A stretch of DNA of 64,000 nucleotides from the human T2T-CHM13v2.0 reference genome, Homo sapiens (GCF_009914755.1 NC_060934.1), one strand, 5' to 3'; positions 32,786-50,635 are shown, counted from the first letter of the stretch. Notes: generated by a model from the letters alone, not told the origin. Numbers and translations are program-made.

Positions 32786-33648
32786 TATTCATTCATTTAT
32801 TTATTCATTAATTCAGCCACTATTTCTTGAGCACCTGGTGTATGTCAGGCACTGTTGTAGGCACTGGGGACACAGCAGGGAGCAAAACAGACAAGTCTCT
32901 GCCCTCATGAAATTCATTTACATCCTAATGGGAAGAGACAAATAATGTAAGTGAGTATATAGCATGTCAGCTGTGAGAAATGCTATGGAGAAAAATAAAG
33001 CAGAGTAAGGGAATTAAGGAGTGATGGGATGGGGAGGCATTGCTTTTTTAAATAGTTTGATGAGGAAAGACCTCTCTAAGAAAGTGACATTTAACTTGAC
33101 TTCTGAGGGAAGTGAGGGAGCATTCCAGGCATGGAGAAGGAGTGTTCTAGATGGAGGGAACAGCAAGTGCAAAGAGCCCTTGACATGTCTGAGAAACAGA
33201 TAAGAGGCCAGTGTGGCTGGCGTGGAGAGAGAGGGGAGAGTCGTCAAGTAGTAAGAGGTGAGAGCAGATGGGAGGAAGGTCTCAGCACAGGTCAGGCCTC
33301 TGGCTTTGCTGAGAGTGATGGATGCCTTTGCAGGGTTTTGAACAGAGGAGGCACATGATTTGACTTAACGTTTTAACAAGCTGTTTCCTGCTGCTGTGTT
33401 GAGAATAAGCTGTAGGCGGCACCAAGGTGGCAGCTGGGAGGGTATTGCCACAAAACAAGCAAGAGATATGATGGTTTAGGCCAGTGGTAATGGTGGAGAG
33501 TGTGAGAAGAGGACAGATTCTGGATGTATTTTGAAGTAGAGCCCGCAGAATTTGTTGATGAACTTGATGCAGAGTGTTAGAAAAAGAGAAGACTTCAAGG
33601 TTATTGGCCTGAATAACTGGAAGGATGGAGTTATCTATCACTGAGATA
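32786..33648 (-). mobile_element. L2a 3' portion (~860 bp)
   Basis: (ATTC)n tail, tgagcacctggtgtatgtcaggcactg, gacagattctggatgtattttgaagtagagcc, gaataactggaaggatggagtt. Confidence 0.9.
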
Positions 33649-34574
33649 AACAGAGGTAACAGAAGTAAAGGGGAGAGATGGCCATGGTAGAAGGTGGATT
33701 ACACCTTTAAATTTTTAAAACATATTTTTATTTAAAATAGCCCTCACTCCCTGGCCCAGTGCACACAAAGGACCTGATTTGCTTTTACCCTGAGTTTGTC
33801 ACTGTAGATATCCTGGAATACTTCGTTAAAAACTATAAATAAAGTGGCCATAATACGGCTCATTTTGTTCAGATTCTAAAAAAAAATTCCTTCATAAGCA
33901 GTTGGCTTCCAAATAGCAATGCATGCTGTCAGTTTGGTGACTAATTGGGTTAGAGGTTAATAGCAAGGCAGTCCTATAAACATCAACGGGAGTGGTGTAT
34001 CCAAATGAAAGCTTGCATTAGGCAACAATTCAAAGAATGAGAATGACTAAATACCATGTTACAAGCCAAGTGAATTATATTAAGAGTTTTAACTTTGAGA
34101 GAAAGGGACGTTACCCCTGAAATAACTATCTTAGTTGGATCTTCCCTACTTAATACTCATAGTTGGGTTGTAAAAATGTAAAGGTTACCATCAAAACAGC
34201 ACTTCTTAACCATGAAATTGACTAACTTTGTAAAATTAGAAATTCTGTTACTTACTTCCTACTATGCTGATTGGACATTCCTTCTTTTGCCAAAAGAACA
34301 GAAAGTTGGATTTTGTGCCTTCTAGCCAAGAGAACCACACACCTCTCTCTCTGTAGACCAGCTAAATGCTTCCTACTGCTCGGTGATGAAATCAGATCAT
34401 GGAATCAGTCAGTTTGCTATACTGAATTTTTTTTTTTTCAGCTGTGTTCTAATTGAACCTTTGGGGAATAAACTAATTCTTAACATCTGAAAGTTTAAAG
34501 GTCTGATACTAGAATTTATGGGGTGGTAGAGGAGACCTTTTAGTCTCTGTATCCAAACCAAAATGTAAATTTAC

Positions 34575-34872
<298 letters not shown>

Positions 34873-35677
34873 AATTTCTTTTTTTATTGTGGGATAATCA
34901 TTCCATACTTCTCCCTCCTCTCTAGTCCCCACCCCCACCCCCCTTTTTCCCCCCACAAGTGAAGATGATTTCCTGTGCTGGTCTAGGATTAGTTTTGTTA
35001 CAGTCTGTCTTTATAAGAACATTTCTTTTCCATAATCCAGAAGCATTTTGTAAAACCTATGCCTGGAAATTGAGTCACTTTTTATTGCTTAGATTTTCTT
35101 CACAGAAAAACATAGGTTCTGTTGGATGAGTATTTGTTGTGAAAGCAAATTATTAAGGGGTGAAAATTGTCTATACAAGTTGATGTATAGGAGGATATCT
35201 GAACTGGATTAGTTGCTCTTTTATCTGTGTTTTCAAAGCTCTTTAATAGTAACTCTTATAACACTTATAACAGTGTTATCACTATTGTTTGGGCATCATT
35301 CCATTCTGCTAGACTGGGAATTCTTTTATAATACAGTGCCTGATAGGCATCCATTCATTCCTTGAAATAATGTATTGAGTGCTCATTATGTGCTTGAAAT
35401 AGAGTGTGTGCAGGAGCCAGAGCAGTCGGCAGAACAGATGCAGCTTGTGTCGCATGTGCGTACAGCCCATGGCAGGGTGGGGGGCAGGGGACCCAGCAAA
35501 CAAGATACAGATAACTGCGCAGTACAGTGCCAATATGCACAGGAACAGTGACTGTCCCCTACCTACATAAATGCATAGACCTCATATGTGTATTGTGAAT
35601 CCTCTATAATTGTTGAATTTGACTTTGAAATTAAACACTTGATATTTTAGACTAGTCAAAAATGGGATATGTTATTA

Positions 35678-36031
<354 letters not shown>

Positions 36032-39000
36032 CTACAGGAGAAAATGCAGATCACTTATTTTATGTATGTGTTGAATCATTTTAAATAACCTGACGGAGGT
36101 CCTTTCTTGGGCCCATGCCTCTGCACATGTTGGGCATGTTGTAGTTGTCGTTACTAGCAAGACACACCTACCCTTTAAGACCAGTCTAAATGCCACCTTG
36201 TTCCCTCCATGTAATCTCAGAACTTCTTTAAGGGCAAGGACCAAATTACGTCTGTGAAACCCTAGAGTTTGATCTACCACTTCACGTGGAGGCATGGGAC
36301 AGAGGTTTTGTTAATGAGTGAATGTATCCATTTAATAAGTTCCTTCTTCAGTACACTCTTGAGACCTATTCTGGCTTTCCCAGGAAACAGCTGAAGGAGT
36401 GACCTCCAATCAAGTCAGCTCTGTGTCAATCCTTCATTTTCGGATGTTTTTTCTTCCTTTTCTCACAGGGTCATAAGGATCAAATGTAATAATGATGTAA
36501 GAGTTAAGCGTATTCAATAAAGGGAGGCAGTGGAATCATCACAATGTTGATCATCACAATCAACATTATTATTACTGCACCACTATAGTTCCTTGTAATA
36601 CACAGTCCAGAAATATTATCACAAAATCTCACTGAGGATGTCATTGTTCTGGGTTTGACCTAGATGTTGATGTAATGAACAGTTCTCTATCAGTTAGTGT
36701 GTTGGCCTAGCACAGGTGCTTGACAAAGGCCCTATTCAGACTTCTGTGCATTACTTCAAACCCCTCCCTTTGCTCCCATAGTATAGTAATGAATTAGGAG
36801 TCATATCTTTTGACTGGCAAGGGACTGCCTAAAGCAGATCCCTGCAGATTGGGGCCTCACTGTTTCTGTGGGTATAAAGAACCTCTCGGGAGAGCCTGAA
36901 TGATCAGGAGATCTGAACTGGGGAGCCATCGGCCCAGCAGGAGGTGCCTCTGCTTGGCCAACCAGAGCCTGCTGCAAGAAACCTTTTTTTTTTTTTTTTT
37001 TTTGGTTCTGACAGGCTTGTTGGGGAAATTGAAAATCTCCTGTTTGAAAGCCAGATAATTTAAAATCCTTTCTGATTCAGAATCTCAGCAAGTAGTGAAG
37101 GGCTAGGTTATTGATTGTGGGAAATGGGGCAGCCTCAAAGGGCTCTGGGCTATCTCAGTACCCCATCTCCCTCACCCCTCACGCTTCCTCAGGTTTCTCT
37201 CTCATGCTAGCTTGGAATGGATGGTGTATTTCCTACCCAGTTGCCTTTGTTTATAAGCATCCACCACCGCTGCAGTAGGGTCAGGAAACTGGCAATTTCC
37301 TCAGTGATCCTTGCCCTTGAACCCTATCTCCTCCAGCCTAGGAAGTATTCAGACCAAGTACTCATGTGTGACTCTCCAGTGCTTCTGGATAGAGAAGACC
37401 CTCTGAGCTGCCCTAAACTCGCAAGAGAATACTCCACAGGCTTATGTAAGCCAAACCAGATCATGAGTCAGACATCTGAACTCATCAACAAAAAGTGCTC
37501 CAGGAAAAAGAAATGGTCTACCTGGCATATTATTGTTTGAAAATTTATTTTAAGTCAATCCTCTATTTCATTAAGGGTAATAATAATCAGTCTACAATGC
37601 AAAACTCAGGGAAAAGTAAATTTCATTTTGTATAGCTGTAATATAACATTTTTTACTCTGCTCAAAATTCTTGAAATTGTTAATCCAACTCTATAAATTA
37701 GGATATTTGAGTAAAGTAAGTATCCATTGTTTGACTGTGCCAGAAGCAGGAGTTAACTTTTTCTTTCTCTGGTTAAAATTATCACTTACTTGATAGCTAA
37801 GTAATTTTTTGAAAGTCTCTTATATCCTGATGGTACACTAAGGCCCTGAAGAGAGTATAAAGGTGCAAGATTCAGTCCCCTCTCTCAAGAAACTAGCAGT
37901 ATGATTGGATGGATAAGATTTATGCATGTGAAACAGAGAATGCTAGATATTTTGGGTGGTAATCAAGTGTAATAGTATGTGATTTTAGTTATAAGCGTGA
38001 TGAGTGCAGGAAGGGAGATGAAAAATAAATAATATTTAGTGAACTCCACTACTACAGAATAAATATTTATAATATTTTCTATTTCATCAGGAAGAACAAT
38101 TTGAATCACTGGCTTAATCACTGGTGGGGGGCCTGGTTTTTAGTCTGTGTCTTAAAATTCTTAGCTCACTTATGTCATTTGTCATATGAACTTTTTGGAG
38201 AAAGAAATATTTAGTTTTTATACGTAGTTTTTAAGACTTTAAAGGTTTTATAACCCTTTTCTTGAAAAATTAAGACATCAAATCAGCAAGTATTTATTGA
38301 GCACTGACCTTGGTCTGAGGCATGTACATTTTTTAGTTTTTAGACAACAGTAAAGTAACCCTGAAATAATGCCTACAATGACTTTGATAAGTACAAGATG
38401 GTGAGTTGAGGTTTTAGCCAAGAACCTTTGTTTTCTCTTGCTGAATATTTTTCTCTTTGGTTATGTGGTAGAATTTAGAGCTCAAAATGTTCAGACTGTT
38501 TCTGTCCAAGTAGCATTCTCACCATGGTCAAGATTTGTTTAGTGATTTATAATTAATTAGATAAAAGTACGCAAAGCTTTTTGGGCTTTGTACTGGGAAG
38601 TGCTACATAAGACTGCGTGGTAGTGGTTTGGGCCTCATTGCTTATATCTGACATAGCTTCCAGGATTTATGCCTGTCTCCACCAAGATTCTTTTCCTCTT
38701 TAATGAATTTGAAAGTAACTATTTATCTTGAATGAAATTAGTTTTTTCTACCTAGAGCTGGGAGTTTCATTTTCTAATCAGAATGTCTGATTTATTTATG
38801 TGCCTGCCAAAAAAATCCCAAAATACTGGCCGCCTGAGTTCTGGCTAATGTTTCCAGGTGCTCTGTTTTGAAAACATTCCGTTTCTACCCTGTATTACAG
38901 ATGCTCTTGCGTACAGTGAAATCTTGTGATAAATATTTTTCAGTGAACATAAAGTATTTAAAAAATAAACGAATGGCAGTATTAGTCATACATTGACCGA

Positions 39001-39430
39001 GTGCCACCAGTGTATTATTTATCATCATATACAGGACATAGTCCAAGACACAATCCTTATTTAGTGGTTCTGTAGTCTAATTATCTGTAAAATGGTCATG
39101 TCAAAAAAAACCAAGGAACCATCAGTTGGGCAAATTGTTTGCAATTATGATTAATAACTTGCTGTGGTTAATTAATGGGAAAATATATATGGCTTCTAAC
39201 GGGCTGCTAGTTTCACATATATAAGCAGTGTGTATTCAAAAGAATTTATACCAAGTAATTATTTATTACTACATTCTAGGTTTAATTCTTACTTGTGTTT
39301 TCAAGCCATTCAAGGAAAGTGAGCACAAGTAGGTGATAGCCACCATTCTTTATGGTAATATTATTTAGGTCTTAAAATCAGTCAGAGGCAAATTATATTA
39401 TTTGAAAAATGATTGCTTTTCACAGACTAA

Positions 39431-39769
<339 letters not shown>

Positions 39770-41274
39770 TAACATACTTTGAAAATACTTAATACCTATC
39801 TAGACCAGACCTCTTTTGTACCAGATATATTTATTTTGGTCTAGAGAAAATGAAGACAACGTATTAAAGTTGGGTGTACCCAATGCAAATATCTGTTTAA
39901 ATTCAGTGTTCAGATTGGAGTTTTGTGGGCAAAATATTTAACAAGAATTGTATTTAACTTACCTGTGATTTTGACTCACATAGACTTAGCTGAAATGAAA
40001 CATAGTAAGTACAGATTTAAATATGTATGTATTTGAGTAGAAATCTTTCCACCTGTATGCAGGTAGTTTTTTGTAATAATGAAAGAAAATGATTTCATTT
40101 TAGTTCTTTTATTTGATGTGACAGGAATTGATTGGTTAGTCAAGAAAGTTGGTTAAAAGCAGGGAATAAAAATGTGCATCCACTCTCTGTATGTGTTAAA
40201 TATTTATTAATATTTTAACTTTTGAAATATATCATGTATGTGTATTTGCCACTTGTTTGATGGAGGTTCCAGGCTTTTCTTTGAGCATGGGTTGGAGTTT
40301 CCATCTTTTTTCTCAATAATTTTCAGTCTCAGTTTCTTTAAAGGCATTTGTGAAGAATCTGAATGTAGAGTTCTTCTAGATTGTAATTTCCCCCTCGACC
40401 TTTTACAGTTTTTTTCACTGTTAATCAAATCCATCTAAAAGCATTCAGCTACGTGTCCATAGAGACTGCAAGTCTTTTTTTGTGCACATAGCTTATTGGA
40501 TGTTGGATAACAATATTTAATTAAGGTTCTTGATTATAGTAACAGGCATAACTGACACAAACAGGTTTGAGAACAAGCGCAATTAAGCACAGAACTCAAC
40601 AGATGGAAGCAGAAGTGCCTGGGTGCCCTAGACAATAGCTTATTTGCCACTAGTGTTGAGGATTTTGTGGGGAAGTAAAGAGCTCTGGGCTGGTGAGGCT
40701 GGTAGGGGCGGTCAGTGAAGAGGGCTTTGTTTTCCTTGTCTGAGGCTTGTCTCCAACTGAAAGGCCTCCTTTCCTCTCCTGTCCCTGGGTGAATCTTTGC
40801 TCAAGTCCCCTGTATTTTCATCACAGCCATCACCCCTCCCCTTTCCACCCGTGTCTACTGCCTTTTCCTCTGCAGTTTGTTTCTGAACTGACTGAAATCT
40901 CTGTCAGTCTCCGTGTTAAAATTCCCTTCAAGACTCACCTCCTTAGAGAAGCCCTGTGGATGGACTATACCCAGCTTTTACCCTTCTATTGATGATTTTT
41001 GATCCATCTATATAGCTTTAATGAAATAAAACTTCAAAAACCTGAATTTTAGTATTAAATATGCTGCCACTCATATAATAAGTGTTCAAGTATTTCTTTA
41101 GCCATGTGAACTTACATTAGAAAATAATGAAATTCTTGAGATGGTTAATTTTTAAAGCTGTTTACCATACCTTTCTTTTAAAAGGGATGGAAGATCTGGC
41201 CTTTTAGAATATGATTTGCCAGCCTTCCATAGAGTATACTATTGAAGAAAGCAAGAAATGTGTGTTTGCGGGAT

Positions 41275-41542
41275 TCTGTTGCTCAGGCTGGAGTGCAGTG
41301 GCTCAAGCTTGGCTCACTGCAACCTCCGCCTCCTGGGTTCAAGCGATTCTTCTACCTCAGCCTCCCCGAGTAGCTGGGATTACAGGCGCATGCCACCACG
41401 CCTGGCTAATTTTTGTATTTTTAGTAGAGACAGAGTTTTGCCATGTTGGCCAGGCTGGTCTCAAACTCCCGATCTCAAGTAATCCTCCTGTGTTGGCCTC
41501 CCAAAGTGCTGGGATTACAGGCGTGAGCCACCACGCCCGGCT
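41275..41542 (-). mobile_element. AluS lacking its 3' tip and poly-A tail
   Basis: Begins abruptly at tctgttgctcaggctggag with no T tract. Confidence 0.9.
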
Positions 41543-41749
41543 GAAAGCATGTTCTTGAATGTATATGTGTGTTCTCTCCCCATGTGATTTGTAAACCCTC
41601 CAAGGCTTGGGTCTCACATTCTCATTCTTTGAATCTTTTATGGCATAATGGATAGAGAGTCTGTGCTCTTGTCCAGTTGAAGTAAGTAGTGGGCGCTCAA
41701 AAAATGTTGATTGGCCAAAATATCTACATCAAGTACAGTAACGACTCAT

Positions 41750-41995
41750 AGCTGCTAACATCTTTTGAGCAATTAACATGCACCGTACACTGTCTTAAGC
41801 ACTTTATATATGTCACCTCATGTAATTCCCACAACAACTATAGTTATCCCCATTTCACAGATGTAGAAACTAAAACTTAGAGGAGTCAGATACTTGGCCA
41901 AGATCACACGACCAGAAAATGATAGAGCTAGGAAAGTAGAGACAGGAATCAAACTCAGTGAGTCTGATTCCAGATTCTGCAGCCTTGACTCCTTT
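41750..41995 (-). mobile_element. MIR (MIRb-like), near full length
   Basis: ttatccccatttcacagatgtagaaactaaaacttagag...cttggccaagatcacac. Confidence 0.82.
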
Positions 41996-43238
41996 ACCCC
42001 ATGCCTGGTGGATCAGTAACCTTTCAGAAAATTTTTGTAACAAGTTCTGAAAACATAGATGAAATAGGAATTTTCCCTTAAACTAAATGGAAAACTAAAA
42101 AAGTAATCATTAGATGGAGCAGATTTCTGCTAAATGGGAAGTCTTGGGAGGGCCTCATTAGAAAATGAGGGAATGGGGGGCCAAGCATGGTATCATCTGC
42201 TACCCAGTGAGAAAAATATCGACTTACGCTGTGAACCCTTTTATTTTATACATGTACCACCTGAATGAGGATGGTATATTTATGAGCTCTCACATCTCAT
42301 TGCTGGGTGACATCAGGGAGCTCTTTTTTGGGATAGCTGTCCATCTGTTCTCCTCCAGGAACTCCTGGATCCGTGCCACTGCCACTTGGCTGCTGGCTTC
42401 AAAAGAGCCTGAATCAGTGAGTTGCTTACACCAGGGAGAACAAACAGGCTCTTCTCCTTAAAGTGTCTGTAATTATATGACCATAATTAGAAATAAAACC
42501 TTCTTTATACAATTTGAGCTCACAAGGAAAGACTTTCTGCATACACACCATTTTTTCCTGTGTTGTTTCACATGCTGATCAGGAAACAGGTCACTTGGCC
42601 TAATCATCCACCATTGAATAGAGTGGAGAGAGCCAGATTCCCCACAACCCCCTAGGTTGCTGCATGTCCTTGAGGTAGTCTCCTGCCCTCTCTAAACTTT
42701 TGTAGCATTATGTATGATGAGGTTAGTATAGCCATGTAGGAAATGTTATGAGAACCTTAGTGCCTGCTATTAGTTCCTTGGAAAAAAGAGATAGCCTAGA
42801 CATAAGTAACTCATGAGTAGAGACTACCAGTTTTGGTGCAGTTAGGGTTTTGAGTTTGTTATCATTTTAAACAGTAACATTGTTTGGGTGGTTCTGTGGT
42901 GTTCGAAGAGATGTAGGTCACCGTTGATTTTTGCCTGATGGGTTTTGAGTTTGAGTAGATGTTGATTAATTCATGAGCCCCAACTGCAAGATAGATGTTC
43001 AGTATTGATTAGACACATGCCCCTGGTTGTATGCTGTTAAAAAGGAGTCAGCTGTGAAATACTCCTAAAGCTAAATCAATAAACTACTAAAGTTGTTTTC
43101 CCCCAATAAGTGTTTGTATTTTATCCCTTTAAGTGAGAAAGGCTGTTAGGAATTTCTGTGATCTGGCCGTTAAGAAAACTAGCTGTATCTTTGGAACAAT
43201 ATGCTCATATGTTAGCCATTCCAGGTGAGTATAAATTA

Positions 43239-43845
<607 letters not shown>

Positions 43846-44509
43846 TTATTGAATTTAGAACAATTTCTGGATGACTTTTTTTCTCTCAACATACAGACAT
43901 TGACCAGTCTTCATAAAATCCACTAAACTCAGCACCTTCTAGGCTTGTCTTTCTCCTTTCCTTGCCTTCTCTTCCAAATTCCTAGAATGGGCCGTGTGAA
44001 CTTCCTGACTGACCATGCCGGCTGCATCCTTTAAATCTTTACAGTGGCTTCTCATTTCCTTTTGCATCTACTCTGGCTGTTCACGCCACACATCAGAATC
44101 GATCACCAGCAGGCTCTGGAGTCTCATTTCCCTCATCTGCTGCGTGGGTCTCCAGTCTTCTCCCTCCATTCATTCATTTTCAGTTCCTCTAGGCAGCACC
44201 TTCTTCCTTGAGCCTTTTCTCAAGAGCTATCGTTTTCTTAGACTCTGTTCTCTTTTTTTCCTTCTGTTCCAAGTAACTCTTGAAATCCCGTCTTCCCTAA
44301 AAGTCTTTTTGAATTAACTAGAGAGTTGCTGATGGGCTCTTCTTCATTCAGGTCTGACAATAATAGACCTCCCATAGCTTCTTCCTCTAACATCCACCCC
44401 AATTATACTCACCTCTGCTTCCCACTTCCAAAATGACCCTTGCTCTTGACTTATATCTACTGACAGAATCCCTTCCCTGTCCTGGTTACTGTTTCTAATT
44501 TAGAGATCC

Positions 44510-44745
44510 ACACAGGGGTGAAGAAAGCAGGTTCTGAGATGAACTGCCTGAGTTGGATTCTGAGCTCTGTCACTTGCAGCTATTCTCTTTGGGCCCATTA
44601 TTGAACAATTTCTGTGCTGCACAATTTCTGTGCCTCAGCAAGACTCGAGCGTAACACTGACCTCACAGGATTGTTGAAATAATTTAAGCACTTAACACAG
44701 TACATGGCATGTAGTAAACATGCAATAAACATTTACTGTTATTTA
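44510..44745 (+). mobile_element. MIR
   Basis: tttctgtgcctcag...acctcacaggattgttg...gcacttaacacagtacatggcatgtagtaa. Confidence 0.72.
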
Positions 44746-44900
44746 TTAATTGGAGAGAATGAAGAGCACACCCGATATTATACATATGTACATACATTTA
44801 CATACACACACATATATATATACACACATCTGTGTACTCATATATAGCTACATAATTTGGAAAAGTATTTAGAATTATATCTTTTTTAGAAAATGAAAAC

Positions 44901-45131
44901 AATATATCTTTTTTTTTCATTTTTTTTTTGAGACAGAGTCTCGCTATGATGCCCAGACCAGAGTGCAATGGCATGCGCCACCATGCCTGACTAATTTGTA
45001 AAACTTTTTGTTGAGACGAGATCTTGCTATGTTGTTGCTCAGGCTGGTCTTGAACTCCTGGCTTCAAGCAGTCCTCCTGCCTCAGCCTCCCAAACTGCTG
45101 GGATTACAGGCATGAGCCACAGAGCCTGGCC
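44901..45131 (-). mobile_element. AluJ with ~84-nt internal deletion
   Basis: gagtgcaatggcatg joined to cgccaccatgcc. Confidence 0.88.
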
Positions 45132-45649
45132 AAAAATACATCTTTTTAAATGCAAAACATACCAAGTAAAATTGAACAAAATCCTGGCTGGTGAGGCAAG
45201 AGTTTAAACAAGGGAGGAGAAGCACTGTACCAGTTGTTTCTACACACCTATGAAAGATCTGGCATGAATGGCTTGGTCTTTGTTTAAAAGCATAGAGCGC
45301 CATGTGTATGTATGGACACTTGCATGCTTTTGAGTGATGATGATTAGGGTGAGAGATTTTCCTTAGGAAAGTTTCAAAAGTAGTCACTTATCTACTCAGT
45401 TTTAAGTAAATAGAAAATAATTTTTTTTAAAAGGATAGTGTGAGGAAGTAATTTTGTTTTTAAAAGGATAGTGTGAAGAACACCCTAAAAATGTTTGTAG
45501 AAGAGGATTATTCAGATAAATCTGTAGTGAGTTTATGCATACCTCCTTTAAAATCTATCTTTAGTACAGCCATTATTTAGCATGAAGATGATTTGTTGCT
45601 TTTGTTTTCCAAGTTTTGTTGCTTGTAAATAATCTGTTAAGAAATTTTG

Positions 45650-46089
<440 letters not shown>

Positions 46090-47532
46090 TTATTCCTAAT
46101 TGACCAGGGATGAGTGAGATGTTTATTTAGAAAACAAATAATTTTAGATAGGAAAATTGAATCTTTAAAAAATAATGGTGATTTAATATATCAATGTGTG
46201 GTTTTTGTGTGTATGTGTGTAATATTGGAGCATCCAGGAGTGTGCGGTGTGTATATGACCTTATTTTTCTACTGTATCTTAGAGGTTGCCACTTCCATGG
46301 GTATAAAACTTAATTGGATTTCTCGATTTTTATTTTGTTTATGCACTTTTACAACTTATGTCATTTTAGGTTGTTTATTAATGCCAGTTTTGTATAATAA
46401 AATTATTAGAGAAGTTATGAAGGAGGATGGCATGAGAAGGGTGGCCAGAGTTTCACTGTTTCATGTTTGTAACTTTCATTCCTTTTGAAGTGTACATTTA
46501 TTCCTAGTGATAGAAATTGATGTTTTCTTTGGCAAGCATTAGAAGCAAGTCTATGTGAAATTATGTAATGTCTGAAAAGTTATATTCATGATTAATTGGC
46601 CTATCCAAGAATGGTATTTGTGTGTGTGGAATAAGGCGATCATGCTTTTTATTTGGCAGTGAGTTAAAGTGCCCCTGCTCAGATCGGGTTACTCCACAGG
46701 GCTTTTTGACTGAGAATTGTATGTTTAGCTTAATCTCTAAAAAGCGTAAAATGTAGCTTCGGAGCCAAATATGCTGGAATTCATATTGTAACCAAAGTTA
46801 ATCTTAGGATAACTTTAAAAGCAAGCTGTTCCACTCTCACACCTTAGTTAACAAATAAAGCCAAGAGGTTTAAAACAACATCATCATCATAATAGTCTCT
46901 GAAAGCACAGCCAGCCTTCATTACCCAAAGCTAGACTGTCTGCACTGTATTGTCAAATATTAATTTAAAATCTTCTTGACCTTGACCTAAACTGATAAGT
47001 TATAATGATCTATTTATTTATCCAAGCTGGACTTTACAGGAATGAGAAAAAGAAGGTCTTTAAATAATTGCCTCCTCCTGTGTGTCAGCTTGAGAAATTA
47101 TGACCTCCATTACTAATATTACAGTGATGGTGAACTTGATAGATAACTAGAGACAGGGTAATGCAATGGTTCTAAAGCCTGACTACCCTGGGAAAGTTAA
47201 CTTCAGTTTCTCATGTGTAAATGGAGATAATGTTACCTCTCTTCTTGCATTTTAATCATTAACTAAATGCTTACCAGAATATCTGTTCATAGTAAGTGCT
47301 CTTAAATGTTTGCTTTTGCTCTTAAATTATTGCTGTCGCTGCTTCTGCTATTACTGCTATGATAACTACTACTAACTACTGCAATTGCTGTCACCAGCAA
47401 CCACTACAATTACTATTATTCCAGTTCCTCCTCCAGGGCTTTCACTATAGGGTTTAACTCTTTGGTGAATCCTCATATCGAAATGGTAAAACATACCCCA
47501 AACATACCCCAGAGTTGAATATGAGTTGTTTT

Positions 47533-47639
47533 GGCAAGATCATAGCTCACTGTAACTTCAAACTCCTGGGCTCAAGCCATCCTCCCTCCTCAGCCTCCCA
47601 GAGTGCTGGAATTATAGACATGAGCCGCCTCACCTGGCT
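47533..47639 (-). mobile_element. Alu monomer fragment (FLAM/FAM-like)
   Basis: gatcatagctcactgtaacttcaaactcctgggctcaagc...tgagccgcctcacctggc. Confidence 0.75.
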
Positions 47640-47682
47640 GTTTCGTTGTTGTTGTTGTCGTTGTTGTTTTTAAATGACCTGT

Positions 47683-47852
47683 ATTCTTACCATTCAAAAA
47701 TGTGGACCGCAGGTCAGCAACATCAATCTAACCTGGGAGCTTGTTTGAAATGCAGGATTTTGGCCCCATCCTAGAACCACTGTATCAGAATCTGCATTTT
47801 AACAGGACGTTAAAAGATGTTCTGTTTGCATATTAAAGTTTAAGAAGCACTG
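47683..47852 (+). mobile_element. MER5A1-like hAT-Charlie MITE
   Basis: acctgggagcttgtttgaaatgcag...tcagaatctgcattttaaca...ttaaagtttaagaagcactg. Confidence 0.82.
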
Positions 47853-48235
47853 ATCTACACCATCCTCCCCACCCCCCAGCTATCCCCCAAATCATCTTAA
47901 TGATTTAGGGATGGCTCCCTACATAGACTACCAGCAGTATCATGTGAACCAGGCCCTCAAAGTAGATAGGGCAGGTAATTGGAAAGAAGAGAAGATGAAG
48001 TGGAAAAAGAGAAGAAAGAAGGGAGAGAGGAAGAAAAACCATGCCTGACAATACTGATATTTTACCTGTATAGATGGGTCTATGCTTACTGATTATTCTT
48101 TGAGTCTTTAGATTATTCTTTGTTGTGACACTGAATATGGAAAGGAATACTGAAATTTTATGGGCTGGTAAAAAATTTCCATGCCCTTGTAATTTCCAAT
48201 GATCTGTCAAACATACATGGAGAGTTTCCTGTTAA

Positions 48236-48565
<330 letters not shown>

Positions 48566-48579
48566 CCTTTATTTTCTTA

Positions 48580-48607
48580 ACACACACACACACACACACA
48601 CACACAC
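48580..48607 (+). repeat. (AC)14 microsatellite
   Basis: Read directly from sequence. Confidence 0.95.
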
Positions 48608-48876
48608 CAGTCCCCTTGTATTCATGCTTTAGTTATCTTTTTAGTGTGAAGATGGTGTGCTTCCTATGCTGATCCTGCAAGATCACTGGATAGGAGAGCA
48701 GAGTTTGGTTTACTACTCTCTGCCTGTTTGGTAGTGCTTCTACTGCTGTTTGAGTTGATTCTTCCAATGTAAAGGCTGTGAGGATGTATGGGAACACTAA
48801 TCTTTGATATTAACTATGAATTATGGGTGCTTGTGGAGGTACAGCTTTATTTGTATTATCACATACTAGGGGCTAA

Positions 48877-49226
<350 letters not shown>

Positions 49227-49279
49227 TGGAGTCTATTTTTTAAAGTTGATTTGAGAAACAAGTTTATGGTATGATTTTA

Positions 49280-50102
<823 letters not shown>

Positions 50103-50274
50103 TTTGTTTTTTTTTTTTTTCTTTCTTTAAAGAGAAGTTCTTGCTCTGTCGCCCAGGCTGGAGTGCAGTTATGCAGTCAGCTCATTGTAACTTCAAAATT
50201 CTGGGCTTCAAGCAATCCTCCCACCTCAGTCTATCCATAGCTAGGACTACAGGTGTGCACCACTGCACCCAGCC
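50103..50274 (-). mobile_element. FRAM / AluJ right monomer
   Basis: Single right arm; the composite with the AluSg is flanked by tttcccc repeats. Confidence 0.82.
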
Positions 50275-50444
50275 TTTCCCCCATTTTTAAAACATGTTTA
50301 TGTACCTAAGCTCATTTATGCCTTTGAGTCCCTAAATTAGGTGGTAGGCAACAAATTCTTGGTCGCCTCACTGCTCTGTATTTTCTCTCCAACTCCTTAG
50401 ACTCTTCTTAGCATAAACTGTCCAGTGTTCTGATGATTCAGAGC

Positions 50445-50635
50445 TGTGATTCCAAAGTTGGGGTACCATCAGAATTCTTGAAGATTGGTTACAAATTAAG
50501 ATTCCTAAGTTAATCCCAGACCTATTGAGTCAAAGTCTGTGGGTGAGACTTAGGCATGTGCATTTTTTTTAGAAGATCCATGGGTAATTCATCAGAATCA
50601 GGTTAAGATTCTTCGCACCTGGTTAAAAAGCACTG
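50445..50635 (+). mobile_element. MER5-family hAT-Charlie fossil
   Basis: catcagaattc...cccagacctattgagtcaaagtctgtggg...gcattttt...agcactg. Confidence 0.6.
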
